Virus record (IMG/VR): IMGVR_UViG_3300046171_000271
Reading direction: 5' to 3' (one strand)
DNA from: a virus
Taxonomy: Duplodnaviria; Caudoviricetes
Length of the DNA stretch: 64,000 nt
Both the position numbers and the translations under genes were made by a program. Shown here piece by piece: positions 47,161-56,549 of this stretch. The notes beneath the pieces are model-generated. The model was not told the DNA's origin. It ran no database searches and saw nothing but the letters and a program-made list of their open reading frames with translations. The first letter of the stretch is position 1. Every line of letters starts with the position of its first letter.

Positions 47161-48123
47161 ATGAAATTCGCCGCAATCGCTTTGGGCGCACTCTCCTTAG
47201 TTGCGCCTAGTGCTCAGGCTGTAGAAACTCTGAATGGTGCTGGCGCATCATTCCCCGCTCCAATCTACCAGCGTTGGTTTAAGGACTATGCTGAAAAAAC
47301 TGGTAATCAAGTCAACTATCAAGCAGTTGGTTCTGGTGCTGGTGTCCGTCAATACAAAGCAGGAACCACTGATTTCGGTGCTTCCGATAAGGCAGTATCT
47401 GATAGCAAACTGTCTGGCATTTCCCGTCCTATGGTTCAAATTCCTATGACTGGTGGTGCTATTGCTGTAGCATACAATAAGCCTGGTTGTGATCTTAAAC
47501 TGACTCAAACAGAAGTTGCTAAAGTTTTTTATGGAAGTATTAATAACTGGGCACACTTCGGTTGTGGTGATGCTCCTATCACTATTGCTGTTCGCTCTGA
47601 TGGTTCGGGTACGACAGCTGGTTTTACTAATTCTCTCTCTGCTTTCTCAGTTTATTGGGATGTTAAAGTCGGACGTGGTAAGTCTGTGAAATGGCCTGGC
47701 GCTAACACCGTCGCTGGTAAAGGTAACAGTGGTGTTGCTGGTGTCATCAAGAACACCGAAGGTGCTATCGGTTATCTGAACTATGGATATGTTGTTGGCG
47801 ATCGTTTCCAACAGGCTGCCATTAAAAATAAAGCAGGTAATTATGTCAAAGCAAATGGTGAAACTTCTGCTGCCGGTTTAGCACAAATCAAACTTGATGA
47901 TAAACTGCGTGGAACCGACGCTAACCCCGCTGGTGCTAACTCATTCCCCATTGTATCTCTCACTTGGATTCTTGCTGAACCAGGACATAAGACTGATTCA
48001 GTTAAGTCTGCTCTTCGTTATATGTTGAGTGAAGAAGCACAAGGTATTTCAGATTCTCTTGGTTATGTACCTCTCCCTGAGTCTCTTCGACAGAAATCCC
48101 TTGCCGCTGTTGACTCTCTCTGA
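47161..48123 (+). CDS. pstS: Phosphate ABC transporter substrate-binding protein
   Basis: GAGASFP, VGSGAG, DFGASD, RSDGSGTT, GKGNSGV. Confidence 0.97.
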   Translation: MKFAAIALGALSLVAPSAQAVETLNGAGASFPAPIYQRWFKDYAEKTGNQVNYQAVGSGAGVRQYKAGTTDFGASDKAVSDSKLSGISRPMVQIPMTGGAIAVAYNKPGCDLKLTQTEVAKVFYGSINNWAHFGCGDAPITIAVRSDGSGTTAGFTNSLSAFSVYWDVKVGRGKSVKWPGANTVAGKGNSGVAGVIKNTEGAIGYLNYGYVVGDRFQQAAIKNKAGNYVKANGETSAAGLAQIKLDDKLRGTDANPAGANSFPIVSLTWILAEPGHKTDSVKSALRYMLSEEAQGISDSLGYVPLPESLRQKSLAAVDSL

Positions 48124-48151
48124 TATAATATAGACTTAAGTGTAATTTACT

Positions 48152-48361
48152 ATGAATGATTGTGATCCCAAGTGGAGACGTTGGTGTATTGCCTGCTGTT
48201 CTTCGCAACTATGGTTAGTTCCTGCCGCTCTGCTTGGGATTCTCATTCTTATTGAGAGTGTTCATACTTCTGCTCATCTTAAGATGGAGCAAGATGTTCA
48301 TGGATATTGCAGTAAAAATGTAGAACATCAAAAAAATCTTGAATTTGAGGAAGATTGGTGA
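48152..48361 (+). CDS. Small membrane protein
   Basis: One transmembrane segment; 69 aa. Confidence 0.55.
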   Translation: MNDCDPKWRRWCIACCSSQLWLVPAALLGILILIESVHTSAHLKMEQDVHGYCSKNVEHQKNLEFEEDW

Positions 48362-48543
48362 AAAAGAAAGTACAGAAAATGTTAGAATGGTTCTATCAGG
48401 AAACTGATAGGGGTGAACAAAACATCGTAGAGTGTAAAAATGTTTATGATCTTGTAGAAAGACTTCAGTATCGTCTTGAAGATTTGGAAAATGAGCATAT
48501 GCAGTTATTACGAAGATTGGAAAGTCTTGAAAAGAAAAAATAA
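48355..48543 (+). CDS. Small coiled-coil hypothetical protein
   Basis: 62 aa, overlapping the upstream gene. Confidence 0.55.
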   Translation: MVKKKVQKMLEWFYQETDRGEQNIVECKNVYDLVERLQYRLEDLENEHMQLLRRLESLEKKK

Positions 48544-48558
48544 GTAATAATTACTACA

Positions 48559-48595
48559 GGGAACGCTTGACAGCGTTCCTTTTTTACTATATAAT
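48559..48595 (+). terminator. Terminator with TTGACA loop fused to a consensus promoter
   Basis: GGGAACGC-TTGACA-GCGTTCCT plus T-run; TTGACA 48567-48572, N17, TATAAT 48590-48595. Confidence 0.85.
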
Positions 48596-48621
48596 ATGTA
48601 AAGTTTCATAACAAAAAGTTA

Positions 48622-48840
48622 ATGACTGTTACAACAGAAGATGGTGGACGCCAGAATTTGTTTGCTCGCGAACCAAAAATGTACATCTCAAAATCTGACG
48701 CTGAGCGTTATGGTTATGAGTCATATGCGGAACGAGCAGAGAAACTGAATGGACGTACTGCTATGCTTGGATTTGTTGCTGCTATTATCTCTTATGCTAC
48801 TAGTGGTAGTGTATTTTTCTTTGGTGCTTTCGGATTCTGA
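48622..48840 (+). CDS. hli: High-light-inducible protein
   Basis: AEKLNGRTAMLGF chlorophyll-binding motif. Confidence 0.95.
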   Translation: MTVTTEDGGRQNLFAREPKMYISKSDAERYGYESYAERAEKLNGRTAMLGFVAAIISYATSGSVFFFGAFGF

Positions 48841-49053
48841 TTGATGCTTGAACTCCTTACTTATTATGTAATCGTTTCCGTTGTATTCATCGGAGCACCC
48901 GGTGTATTTTTTTACATCGTATTCATGCCTGCCCTACAAAATACAAAGGGTAGAATGGTTGGATACAAAGATCATAGGGACTATGGTGATTCCTCCATTT
49001 ATGAAAATTCACCATCTGATCAAACTAAATTTTACCTTACTTTAGAATCATGA
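48841..49053 (+). CDS. Small membrane protein
   Basis: Transmembrane segment then FMPALQNTKGRMVGY. Confidence 0.65.
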   Translation: MMLELLTYYVIVSVVFIGAPGVFFYIVFMPALQNTKGRMVGYKDHRDYGDSSIYENSPSDQTKFYLTLES

Positions 49054-49157
49054 ACGAAACAGCAGAAAGAATTAACGGACTCGCAGCCATGATTGGTGTT
49101 ATTGCCGCTATGGGTGCATACGCAGTCACAGGACAAATTATCCCTGGAGTATGGTGA
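49050..49157 (+). CDS. hli: High-light-inducible protein (35 aa, not in ORF track)
   Basis: MNETAERINGLAAMIGVIAAMGAYAVTGQIIPGVW*. Confidence 0.92.
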   Translation: MNETAERINGLAAMIGVIAAMGAYAVTGQIIPGVW

Positions 49158-49276
49158 TGCTAGTCCTGGCAATGTCTTTATTTGCAGGATTTATTGTGGG
49201 ATCATTCTTGGGAAGAGATATTAACGACGACGATGATATGGATGGAGGTATGCTGGTGCCAGCATCAACCTCTTGA
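49157..49276 (+). CDS. Small membrane protein with acidic tail
   Basis: MLVLAMSLFAGFIVGSFLGRDINDDDDMDGGMLVP. Confidence 0.55.
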   Translation: MLVLAMSLFAGFIVGSFLGRDINDDDDMDGGMLVPASTS

Positions 49277-49290
49277 TAAAACTAAATAAG

Positions 49291-49328
49291 AAAGCGGTAT
49301 TGACTTACCGCTTTTTTTATGCTATTAT
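49291..49328 (+). terminator. Terminator with TTGACT loop fused to a promoter
   Basis: AAAGCGGTA-TTGACT-TACCGCTTT plus T-run; N17; TATTAT 49323-49328. Confidence 0.8.
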
Positions 49329-49340
49329 GACTTTGTCAAT

Positions 49341-49928
49341 ATGAAAACTATGAATCTCTTTTTTATTGGAGTAGTGACAACTGGTGCATTTTTTTCTTTT
49401 CTTTTCAAAGAAAAAAATCAAAAGATCGATCCTCCTGTAGAAATTGCTGTTCAAGAATTTAAATCTCCATCTTGGAAGTGTCCTGATTGCACTCCAGAAG
49501 AAAAATATATTTTACAAGAATTACAAGAAAAAACTAAAATTGTAGATAGGAATGCACTTGCGACTATCCTGGGAAATATCAAACAGGAAAGTAAGTTCAT
49601 TGCAAACATATGTGAGGGAGGTGCTAGAGTTCCTTATGATCGTTGTCACCGAGGTGGTTATGGAATCATTCAGTGGACATCAGAGAATCGTTACTTGGGA
49701 TTAGGAAACTTTGCTAAAAAGTATGGTTGCGATCCTAGTAATTTTAAATGTCAAACTCGTTATATGATTAATGAATCTGTCTTTCAAAAATATCTTCCAA
49801 TGTTTGAGGGATCAGGTGAATCAATTTCGCAATATATGGTTCCTGCCTATTATTGGTTAGGATGGGGAATCAAAGGAAAACGAGAAATTTACTCACATAA
49901 CTACTATCAGAAACTAGTTTTGCAATGA
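49341..49928 (+). CDS. Phage-tail-lysozyme-like (Phage_lysozyme2) protein with N-terminal anchor
   Basis: ALATILGNIKQES, GYGIIQWT...R motifs. Confidence 0.7.
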   Translation: MKTMNLFFIGVVTTGAFFSFLFKEKNQKIDPPVEIAVQEFKSPSWKCPDCTPEEKYILQELQEKTKIVDRNALATILGNIKQESKFIANICEGGARVPYDRCHRGGYGIIQWTSENRYLGLGNFAKKYGCDPSNFKCQTRYMINESVFQKYLPMFEGSGESISQYMVPAYYWLGWGIKGKREIYSHNYYQKLVLQ

Positions 49929-50341
49929 TTAATAAAATTAAAAAAACACTAAGTCAAGTCCTCTTCTCTGATGATTCTACGAAACTTCCATTTTGGGATG
50001 ATACAGACATTGAATGTGCAATTGATGAAGAAGTTGTGGACTGCAGTGAAATGGACAGTCCTCCTTATGTCGGTATTCCTGCTCCTGCGTACCTAGAGGA
50101 TGATCCTTGGTTCCCTAATCCTTTCATGAAAGACAAAGAAATAAAATTTGCTGGCAATTATCAAGGGCCACTGTATGCCCCATATACTGCAGTGGATGAG
50201 TTTAAAAAGTCTACTGGAGATGATGGAATGCATCAAAAAATGTATGAAATGTCTACCAGAAGTGGCAAAACAACTTTGCAACTAAATCTTATTGGAGGAT
50301 CTGAAAACTTTCAAGGCGGTTCTGAAAATGTCCATCGATGA
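49925..50341 (+). CDS. Hypothetical acidic protein
   Basis: 138-aa ORF coupled to the upstream gene. Confidence 0.6.
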   Translation: MINKIKKTLSQVLFSDDSTKLPFWDDTDIECAIDEEVVDCSEMDSPPYVGIPAPAYLEDDPWFPNPFMKDKEIKFAGNYQGPLYAPYTAVDEFKKSTGDDGMHQKMYEMSTRSGKTTLQLNLIGGSENFQGGSENVHR

Positions 50342-50549
50342 TTGGCGCTACAACGATCACAAAATGAAAGTGCGCCAACAGGCACTGACAATTCTACTTG
50401 CAAAATATGGAGGACAAATGGATGGTGTCGTCCCTAAATACTCTAGTCAGTCCATCTATGAATGTGCTAACGACTGGGTTTCGCAAGGTAACATGCATAC
50501 GGCTGGCATAGTACAATACTACAAGGCATATTATGCAAAAAGTAATTAA
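50328..50549 (+). CDS. Hypothetical protein
   Basis: MSIDDWRYNDHKMKVR...IYECANDWV; start approximate. Confidence 0.6.
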   Translation: MSIDDWRYNDHKMKVRQQALTILLAKYGGQMDGVVPKYSSQSIYECANDWVSQGNMHTAGIVQYYKAYYAKSN

Positions 50550-50760
50550 CGTATTAGCACTACTTTCATTCGTAGGAACTTCTGCTATAATTGCAGGCGG
50601 AGGTTATGTTTATCTCAATAAGGATAACATTATTGCGAATGTCAAGTCACGAATGTCTGAAGCGATTGGAGAAGCAATTACAGATGCTCTTCCTGTTGCA
50701 TTAGATGCAGAACTTCCAGAAGCACTTCCACAAACAACTGGTGGAGTATTACCTTTTTAA
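50533..50760 (+). CDS. Small membrane-anchored protein
   Basis: N-terminal transmembrane segment; 75 aa. Confidence 0.65.
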   Translation: MQKVINVLALLSFVGTSAIIAGGGYVYLNKDNIIANVKSRMSEAIGEAITDALPVALDAELPEALPQTTGGVLPF

Positions 50761-50763
50761 TTT

Positions 50764-51417
50764 ATGAAAAAATTTTTTATGATGCTAATGGCAGCGGCAT
50801 TGACTGCACCTGCTATTGCTGAAGAATCAAAAGTCAAGAGATGGAATTCTTTTGACTCTATGGGATGTATGATGCTTCGTGAATGCACCGAAGATGTAAG
50901 ACAGGTGAAAACTTGGATGAGTTTTGGTGAACAATATGAAGTATATAAAGATGAGATCTCCGATATCCTCACTAGTCTCAATCAAATTGGAGTCAATGTT
51001 TATATCGGTGACAACAAATATTTTGCTTTTGCTACACGCGGACTTTATTATGTAAAGGGAAATGATATGTTCTTTAATGAGAAATATCTTTCTACTCCCA
51101 ATGTACTTCTGAAAGTTCTTCGCCATGAAGGTTGGCATACTGCTCAAGATTGTATGGCAGGAACTATTGACAATACATTTACAGCTGTAATTCTGCAGGA
51201 TGGTAAAGTTCCAGATTGGATTGTTAATGGGGCAGAGAAAACCTATCCAGCATCAGCAGCACCATATGAATCAGAAGCAATGTATGCTGCATTCTCTGAC
51301 ACCATGACTAGAGATGCTCTTAAAGTCTGTGCAGGCCCTAAAAAAATGTGGGAAGTTTATAAACCAACACCTCTTACTAAAAAATGGTTGATGGAGCAAG
51401 GATATATTTCTAAATAA
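50764..51417 (+). CDS. Secreted zincin-like metallopeptidase
   Basis: Signal peptide and an HExxH motif (RHEGWH) with a downstream E.E. Confidence 0.65.
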   Translation: MKKFFMMLMAAALTAPAIAEESKVKRWNSFDSMGCMMLRECTEDVRQVKTWMSFGEQYEVYKDEISDILTSLNQIGVNVYIGDNKYFAFATRGLYYVKGNDMFFNEKYLSTPNVLLKVLRHEGWHTAQDCMAGTIDNTFTAVILQDGKVPDWIVNGAEKTYPASAAPYESEAMYAAFSDTMTRDALKVCAGPKKMWEVYKPTPLTKKWLMEQGYISK

Positions 51418-51437
51418 AGAAGATTTATCCATTACTT

Positions 51438-51890
51438 ATGCCAGGAACTGAATCCGGAGACAATAAGGAAGTTAAGAAGGATCTTAAAAAGAAAGGTATT
51501 ATCGGTAAACTAAAAGATGCAGCAGAAGATAAAGAAGAACAGTTAGCAATTTTATCTACCTTTGTACGTTTGGGCATCCTTGTTTGGAGTGGAGGAATTC
51601 TTACTTTGGCATATGTCGATTTGCCTAAGGCATTAAACTTTCCTGAACAGGATCTCGATCCGACTTTTATCGCCAGTGTTTTCACCGGGGTTTTAGCTAC
51701 TTTTGGAGTTCAGACTACTAAGAAGAGTGGTGGTGCTGCTAATGGTGCAGGAAGTATAACAAAAGCAGATATGGAGAGATTGATTGCTGCAGCTGCTCAG
51801 ACTGCACCAGCACAAACAATTCGTGTAGAACAAGCACCTCTTATAATTCAGACGAAGGACGGAGAACCACCTGTAAAACCGGCGGTATGA
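51438..51890 (+). CDS. Membrane protein with two transmembrane segments
   Basis: FVRLGILVWSGGILTLAY; DPTFIASVFTGVLATFG. Confidence 0.75.
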   Translation: MPGTESGDNKEVKKDLKKKGIIGKLKDAAEDKEEQLAILSTFVRLGILVWSGGILTLAYVDLPKALNFPEQDLDPTFIASVFTGVLATFGVQTTKKSGGAANGAGSITKADMERLIAAAAQTAPAQTIRVEQAPLIIQTKDGEPPVKPAV

Positions 51891-51894
51891 TATT

Positions 51895-52416
51895 ATGTTT
51901 AAGTGGACTGCTCTTACAATAGGAACATTGATTGGGGTTGCTCATATTGGCGTCATTGGACATCTTATAAATCGTCCTAAGATACCAGTAATAAATCTTC
52001 CAGTAGGAGATTACACGACATATAAGTTAGAAGCAGGACGGGAAGGATACAAAATAGAGTATAGTTCTAATGATCCCAAAGTGATTGGGAAGAAAAAAAC
52101 AGTAGATAAAGAAAATGGATTATTTGGTATAGGTGGAAAAACTACTGTAGTAACTGATGAAGAATATACAATGGAAAGTCAGGATGATTCTGTGGGAAAG
52201 TTGAGTGCAAAAAAAGAAGAGTGCATCAAGGCGGCAGGTGGAGGACAGTCAACAGGAAGGATTGTCGGAGCTAGTGTAGGCGCTGCAGCAGCTCCATTCC
52301 TTTCTAGCATTCCTTATGTTGGTTGGGTTGCTGCTGGTTGGGCAGCGATGTTTGGGCAGAGTCAAGGATCTGAGATTGGTGGGGAACTAGCCACTGCATT
52401 AATGGATTGTGAGTAA
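51895..52416 (+). CDS. Membrane protein with C-terminal glycine zipper
   Basis: GRIVGASVGAAAAPFLSSIPYVGWVAAGWAAMFG. Confidence 0.7.
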   Translation: MFKWTALTIGTLIGVAHIGVIGHLINRPKIPVINLPVGDYTTYKLEAGREGYKIEYSSNDPKVIGKKKTVDKENGLFGIGGKTTVVTDEEYTMESQDDSVGKLSAKKEECIKAAGGGQSTGRIVGASVGAAAAPFLSSIPYVGWVAAGWAAMFGQSQGSEIGGELATALMDCE

Positions 52417-52491
52417 CTCAAAATAAAATTTAGTTACAAAACAATTTTATAGACAAGATAACATATAGATAGGGTAGTTGCATAAACTTAT

Positions 52492-52815
52492 ATGAAGTTT
52501 CTATTTGGACTTCTTGCTACATTATTTCTTGCTGCACCTGCTTGGGCTGTAGATGTGCAGATGGGATCTGGTGGCAATTTGGTTTTTGATCCTGCTGAAG
52601 TTACAATTAGCGCAGGAGAATCGGTGCATTTTGTAAATAATATGCTCCCACCTCATAACGTCATTGTCGAAGATCATACAGAGTTAAGTCATGAAACCCT
52701 GGCAATGATGCCTGGTGAAGAGTTTGATGTTGCATTTCCCGAACCTGGTGACTACACTTACTGGTGTGGGCCCCACAAAGGAGCAGGTATGATCGGTACA
52801 ATTCATGTAGAATGA
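52492..52815 (+). CDS. petE: Plastocyanin
   Basis: Signal peptide; copper ligands PHNV and YWCGPHKGAGM. Confidence 0.96.
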   Translation: MKFLFGLLATLFLAAPAWAVDVQMGSGGNLVFDPAEVTISAGESVHFVNNMLPPHNVIVEDHTELSHETLAMMPGEEFDVAFPEPGDYTYWCGPHKGAGMIGTIHVE

Positions 52816-52949
52816 ACTCTGATCAAAGAAGAGAGTTTTACAAATCCTTAAGAGAAAGGATCAAACAACTAAGAATGGAACATTTATTTGAAGAACCATG
52901 CCCACTCTATGAACCAGAATGGGAGGAAGAAGACAATGAACACTATTAA
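52812..52949 (+). CDS. Small hypothetical protein
   Basis: MNSDQRREFYKSLRERI...EEPCPLYE. Confidence 0.6.
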   Translation: MNSDQRREFYKSLRERIKQLRMEHLFEEPCPLYEPEWEEEDNEHY

Positions 52950-53484
52950 CACTGTTGTTTTAAATTTCACTGTAGCAATTATTGATTTTCTCTATCAAGG
53001 TAGAGACTTTCAAAGATTTTGGGTTCTAGAAGAAATTGCTAGAGCACCATATTTTGCTTTTTTAAGTGTTTTGCATTTAAGAGAATCTCTAGGATTACGT
53101 GGCCCAGAGCACATTTATCTGATGAAGGAACATTTTGCTCAAACACTTAACGAGACAGAACATTTGGAGTATATGGAAAGTAGGGGCGGTAGTGCTTATT
53201 GGATTGATCGCTTCTTTGCCAGACATCTTGTACTTGCCTACTATTGGATCAATGTGGTTTATTATTGGTTGGCTCCTCGCTCTGCTTACCATCTCTCCTA
53301 TGAGATAGAAGTTCATGCATCATTAACATATGCAGAATACTTGACTCGTTTCCCTGACGATAAAAAAATCTGCGAAATTATGAATGATGAGATTCAACAC
53401 TTTCAAGAACTAGAAGAGGCAATTAAATTGATTGATCCAGATCGCTTATCTGTCGGGGAAAACGAATTACAAAATCAGAGTTAA
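52936..53484 (+). CDS. ptox: Plastoquinol terminal oxidase (PTOX/AOX family)
   Basis: RFWVLEEIARAPYF and diiron motifs NETEH, EIEVHA, DEIQH. Confidence 0.95.
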   Translation: MNTINTVVLNFTVAIIDFLYQGRDFQRFWVLEEIARAPYFAFLSVLHLRESLGLRGPEHIYLMKEHFAQTLNETEHLEYMESRGGSAYWIDRFFARHLVLAYYWINVVYYWLAPRSAYHLSYEIEVHASLTYAEYLTRFPDDKKICEIMNDEIQHFQELEEAIKLIDPDRLSVGENELQNQS

Positions 53485-53489
53485 AGAAA

Positions 53490-54509
53490 ATGAGAGTTGG
53501 AATTATCGGACTTGGTAGAATGGGCGAGGGTATGTCTCGTCGTATGATGAAAGAGGGTATCGAAGTTTGGGGATACCGTAGAAATTATGAAAAAGCACAG
53601 GAACTTTTTGAAAATGGTGGGGTTGATGGTGTCGCCATAGACATCAAAAATCTCTGCGGAATGGTGAAGAGTAAGTCTCCTGGCATTTTTATGATGGTTG
53701 TACCAGCAGAAACAGTAGAGGACACCTTAAATGAGTTACTACAATTTTGTAGTGAAGGCGATATTATTATTGATCATGGCAATTCCAATTTTAAAGACTC
53801 TAGACGCAGGGCAGAACGGTTGGAAAAACTTGGCATCCAATATATTGACTGCGGTACTAGTGGTGGTGTTTACGGTTTGGAGCGTGGATACTGTCTTATG
53901 GTTGGTGGTTCAGATACTGCAGTATCCATCTGCGCTCCTATCTTCAGGGCCCTCGCACCCGGTATCGGATCAGCTCCCAGAACTGATCCTATGAGTAAAG
54001 CAACGAGTGCTGAATATGGATGGTTACATTGTGGGCCTCCTGGTGCAGGACACTTTGTAAAAATGGTTCATAATGGAGTTGAATATGGAATCATGCAAGC
54101 ATATGCAGAAGGATTTAATATCCTGCATGAAGCTAATGCTGGGGCAAAATATGTTAAGGAAGGCGATGCTGAGGTTGCTCCGATGGAGAATCCAGAAGAT
54201 TATCAATATGATATTGATTGTTCTGAGGTGGCTGAGTTATGGCGTCGTGGTAGCGTTGTGGGGAGTTGGTTGCTTGATCTTACCGCTGATGTACTACGCG
54301 GCGATAGAGAGCTTAGCAAGTTCGGTGGGGGAGTTAGCGATAGTGGTGAGGGGCGTTGGACTGTTCACGCTGCTGTGGATCTTGGTGTTCCCGCACCTGT
54401 TATATCTACCGCACTATTTGAACGATTTGGATCAAGAAAGTTAGGGGCATTCGCTAATAAAGTGCTAAATGGTATGAGGTACATGTTTGGAGGACATCAC
54501 GTAAGATAA
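53490..54509 (+). CDS. gnd: 6-phosphogluconate dehydrogenase (short form)
   Basis: GLGRMG, DHGNS, DCGTSGG, GHFVKMVHNGVEYG, MRYMFGGH. Confidence 0.97.
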   Translation: MRVGIIGLGRMGEGMSRRMMKEGIEVWGYRRNYEKAQELFENGGVDGVAIDIKNLCGMVKSKSPGIFMMVVPAETVEDTLNELLQFCSEGDIIIDHGNSNFKDSRRRAERLEKLGIQYIDCGTSGGVYGLERGYCLMVGGSDTAVSICAPIFRALAPGIGSAPRTDPMSKATSAEYGWLHCGPPGAGHFVKMVHNGVEYGIMQAYAEGFNILHEANAGAKYVKEGDAEVAPMENPEDYQYDIDCSEVAELWRRGSVVGSWLLDLTADVLRGDRELSKFGGGVSDSGEGRWTVHAAVDLGVPAPVISTALFERFGSRKLGAFANKVLNGMRYMFGGHHVR

Positions 54510-54510
54510 A

Positions 54511-54639
54511 ATGGCAAATTCACCAACAGATAAAAGTAAACAATTTGAAGAGTCTGGTATGACTCTTATTACTCAAATAGAATCTGATAAGTATCTTAAA
54601 AAAATTAAAGATAAAAATTCTAAAAAGGAAGATAAATGA
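54511..54639 (+). CDS. Small hypothetical protein
   Basis: 42-aa ORF filling the gap after gnd. Confidence 0.4.
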   Translation: MANSPTDKSKQFEESGMTLITQIESDKYLKKIKDKNSKKEDK

Positions 54640-55106
54640 TGTGCCTTGGTACAATGACAATTGTGACTACTTTAGCCACGATAGTTACAGGTTTAGTAAC
54701 ACCCGAAAAAGTAAAAACTTACGTTTCGCTTAATGCTGATCCTTGGGATAATAATGAGCAAATAAATTTTCAAGAACCTATGGGATTACTTGGTATTGAG
54801 TATGACTATAATAAACATACTCGAATATTTGCTGAACATATCTCATCACCAATGCAATGTGATGATCATCCAGGCATCAATCATGCGGGTGTCAAATTAC
54901 TTGCTCCTATCAATGACATTACTCTTTATTCTGGATTGAGTTTCAATAATTCATATATTGATAGTAACGATAAATTTAGTTCGCCTCTTACATCATTTGG
55001 TTTTGAATATGGAGATACAGTTAAACTATATGCCGAATACTTAGTTGATATAGATGATTTTGATGACGGCAGATTTTCCACTGGATTTAAGGTATTTTTC
55101 AAATGA
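54636..55106 (+). CDS. Hypothetical protein with beta-barrel-like pattern
   Basis: Alternating hydrophobic strands (GLLGIEYDY, SFGFEYG); ends GFKVFFK. Confidence 0.6.
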   Translation: MMCLGTMTIVTTLATIVTGLVTPEKVKTYVSLNADPWDNNEQINFQEPMGLLGIEYDYNKHTRIFAEHISSPMQCDDHPGINHAGVKLLAPINDITLYSGLSFNNSYIDSNDKFSSPLTSFGFEYGDTVKLYAEYLVDIDDFDDGRFSTGFKVFFK

Positions 55107-55234
55107 CTCTTGCTAATGCACTACTATGGATCTCAATACCATTTGTATTATCCACAATATATTTCGGGATACGAAAAGGTGAAAATAACTACTACGAAAC
55201 AGACAAGTATGATGGAAACGGAACCGCTCACTAA
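55103..55234 (+). CDS. Small membrane protein (43 aa, not in ORF track)
   Basis: MTLANALLWISIPFVLSTIYFGIRKGENNYYETDKYDGNGTAH*. It explains why the track's zwf N-terminus is spurious. Confidence 0.65.
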   Translation: MTLANALLWISIPFVLSTIYFGIRKGENNYYETDKYDGNGTAH

Positions 55235-56549
55235 AGGCATAGTAATATTCGGTGCTACCGGAGATCTGTGTAGAAGAAAACTTATTCCAGCACTTTACAA
55301 ATTATGGCAGAAAGATCTTCTTCCAAATGGATTTTCAATAACTGGTGCTGCCAGAAGAGATATTGGAGTTAATGCTTGGAAAGAATCTCTTGGAGAATAC
55401 CCAGATCAATTTTCACATCAATTAGATTATGTTTCGTGTGACTTATCTAATCAAGAAAGTTTAAGTAATCTTCCACAATCAGACGACACAACTTACTTCT
55501 TATCTGTTCCACCAGAGAGGTACGAAAATGCCATTACTAGTCTCAAAGGATCAGGATTACTCGATGATCCAGAAACATCCCGTGTTGTTATTGAAAAACC
55601 CTTTGGGTACGATCTTGAATCTGCTAATCATTTACAGTCAGTGGTGGGCAGACATTTACGCGAGAAACAAGTATATCGCATTGATCATTATCTTGGCAAA
55701 GACACTGTTAATAATATTCTTGCCACTCGTTTCGGTAATATATTATTGGAACCACTTTGGAACCGGGAGTACATAGAAGAAGTACAGATTTTCGCAACTG
55801 AGACTATCAGTTGTGAAGGTAGATCTCAATATTATGAGGGTGCAGGCGTTGTGAGAGATATGCTTCAGAATCATATGCTTCAGGTTCTGGCATTAATTGC
55901 GATGGAAGCTCCTTGTCGGATGAACGCAAAAGAAATTCGTAGAGAGAAAACAAAAGTTCTTTCTGCAACTCGTTTGGGTACAAAACTAATCTGTGGACAA
56001 TATGAATCTTATAAATCTGAAGAGGGCGTTGATCCTTTCAGTAATACTCCTACCTTTGTTTCTGGTGATTTATATATCGATAACTGGCGTTGGAAGGGAG
56101 TACCTTTTCACTTCATGACAGGTAAAAAAATGCCTTATCAAGGCGTTGAAGTTGTCATTAAATTGAAATCTCCACCACTTTCTTTATTTGACGGAGAAAA
56201 AAATAATCGAATTGTAATTAGATTACAACCTCATGCACACCTCGATATTCAAATTGATGTTAAGTCACCAGGACTAAGTGATAGTGTAGAACTTGCTACA
56301 TTAACTCATCGTTATCCTGATTGGTTAGGAGTAGATGGTTATGAAAAACTTTTATATGATTCTATAAATGGTGATCAATCACACTTTGTTCATTCTGAAG
56401 AAGTGATAGAATCATGGAGAATTGTTGACGATCTACTTTGCGAGGGGGATGAATGTCCTATAAGAACTTCACCTTATATCTACCATGAAGGTTTATGGGG
56501 CCCTATGCATAAAACAGAGTTTATTACTAAATGGGATTATCCTGCATGA
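55212..56549 (+). CDS. zwf: Glucose-6-phosphate 1-dehydrogenase
   Basis: IFGATGDL, IEKPFG, RIDHYLGK, RDMLQNH, WKGVPF. Confidence 0.97.
   Translation: METEPLTKGIVIFGATGDLCRRKLIPALYKLWQKDLLPNGFSITGAARRDIGVNAWKESLGEYPDQFSHQLDYVSCDLSNQESLSNLPQSDDTTYFLSVPPERYENAITSLKGSGLLDDPETSRVVIEKPFGYDLESANHLQSVVGRHLREKQVYRIDHYLGKDTVNNILATRFGNILLEPLWNREYIEEVQIFATETISCEGRSQYYEGAGVVRDMLQNHMLQVLALIAMEAPCRMNAKEIRREKTKVLSATRLGTKLICGQYESYKSEEGVDPFSNTPTFVSGDLYIDNWRWKGVPFHFMTGKKMPYQGVEVVIKLKSPPLSLFDGEKNNRIVIRLQPHAHLDIQIDVKSPGLSDSVELATLTHRYPDWLGVDGYEKLLYDSINGDQSHFVHSEEVIESWRIVDDLLCEGDECPIRTSPYIYHEGLWGPMHKTEFITKWDYPA

Noticed and set aside
55110-55211. N-terminal extension of zwf in the track
   Set aside because: The region is better explained by a 43-aa membrane ORF (55103-55234); G6PD similarity starts at METEP.
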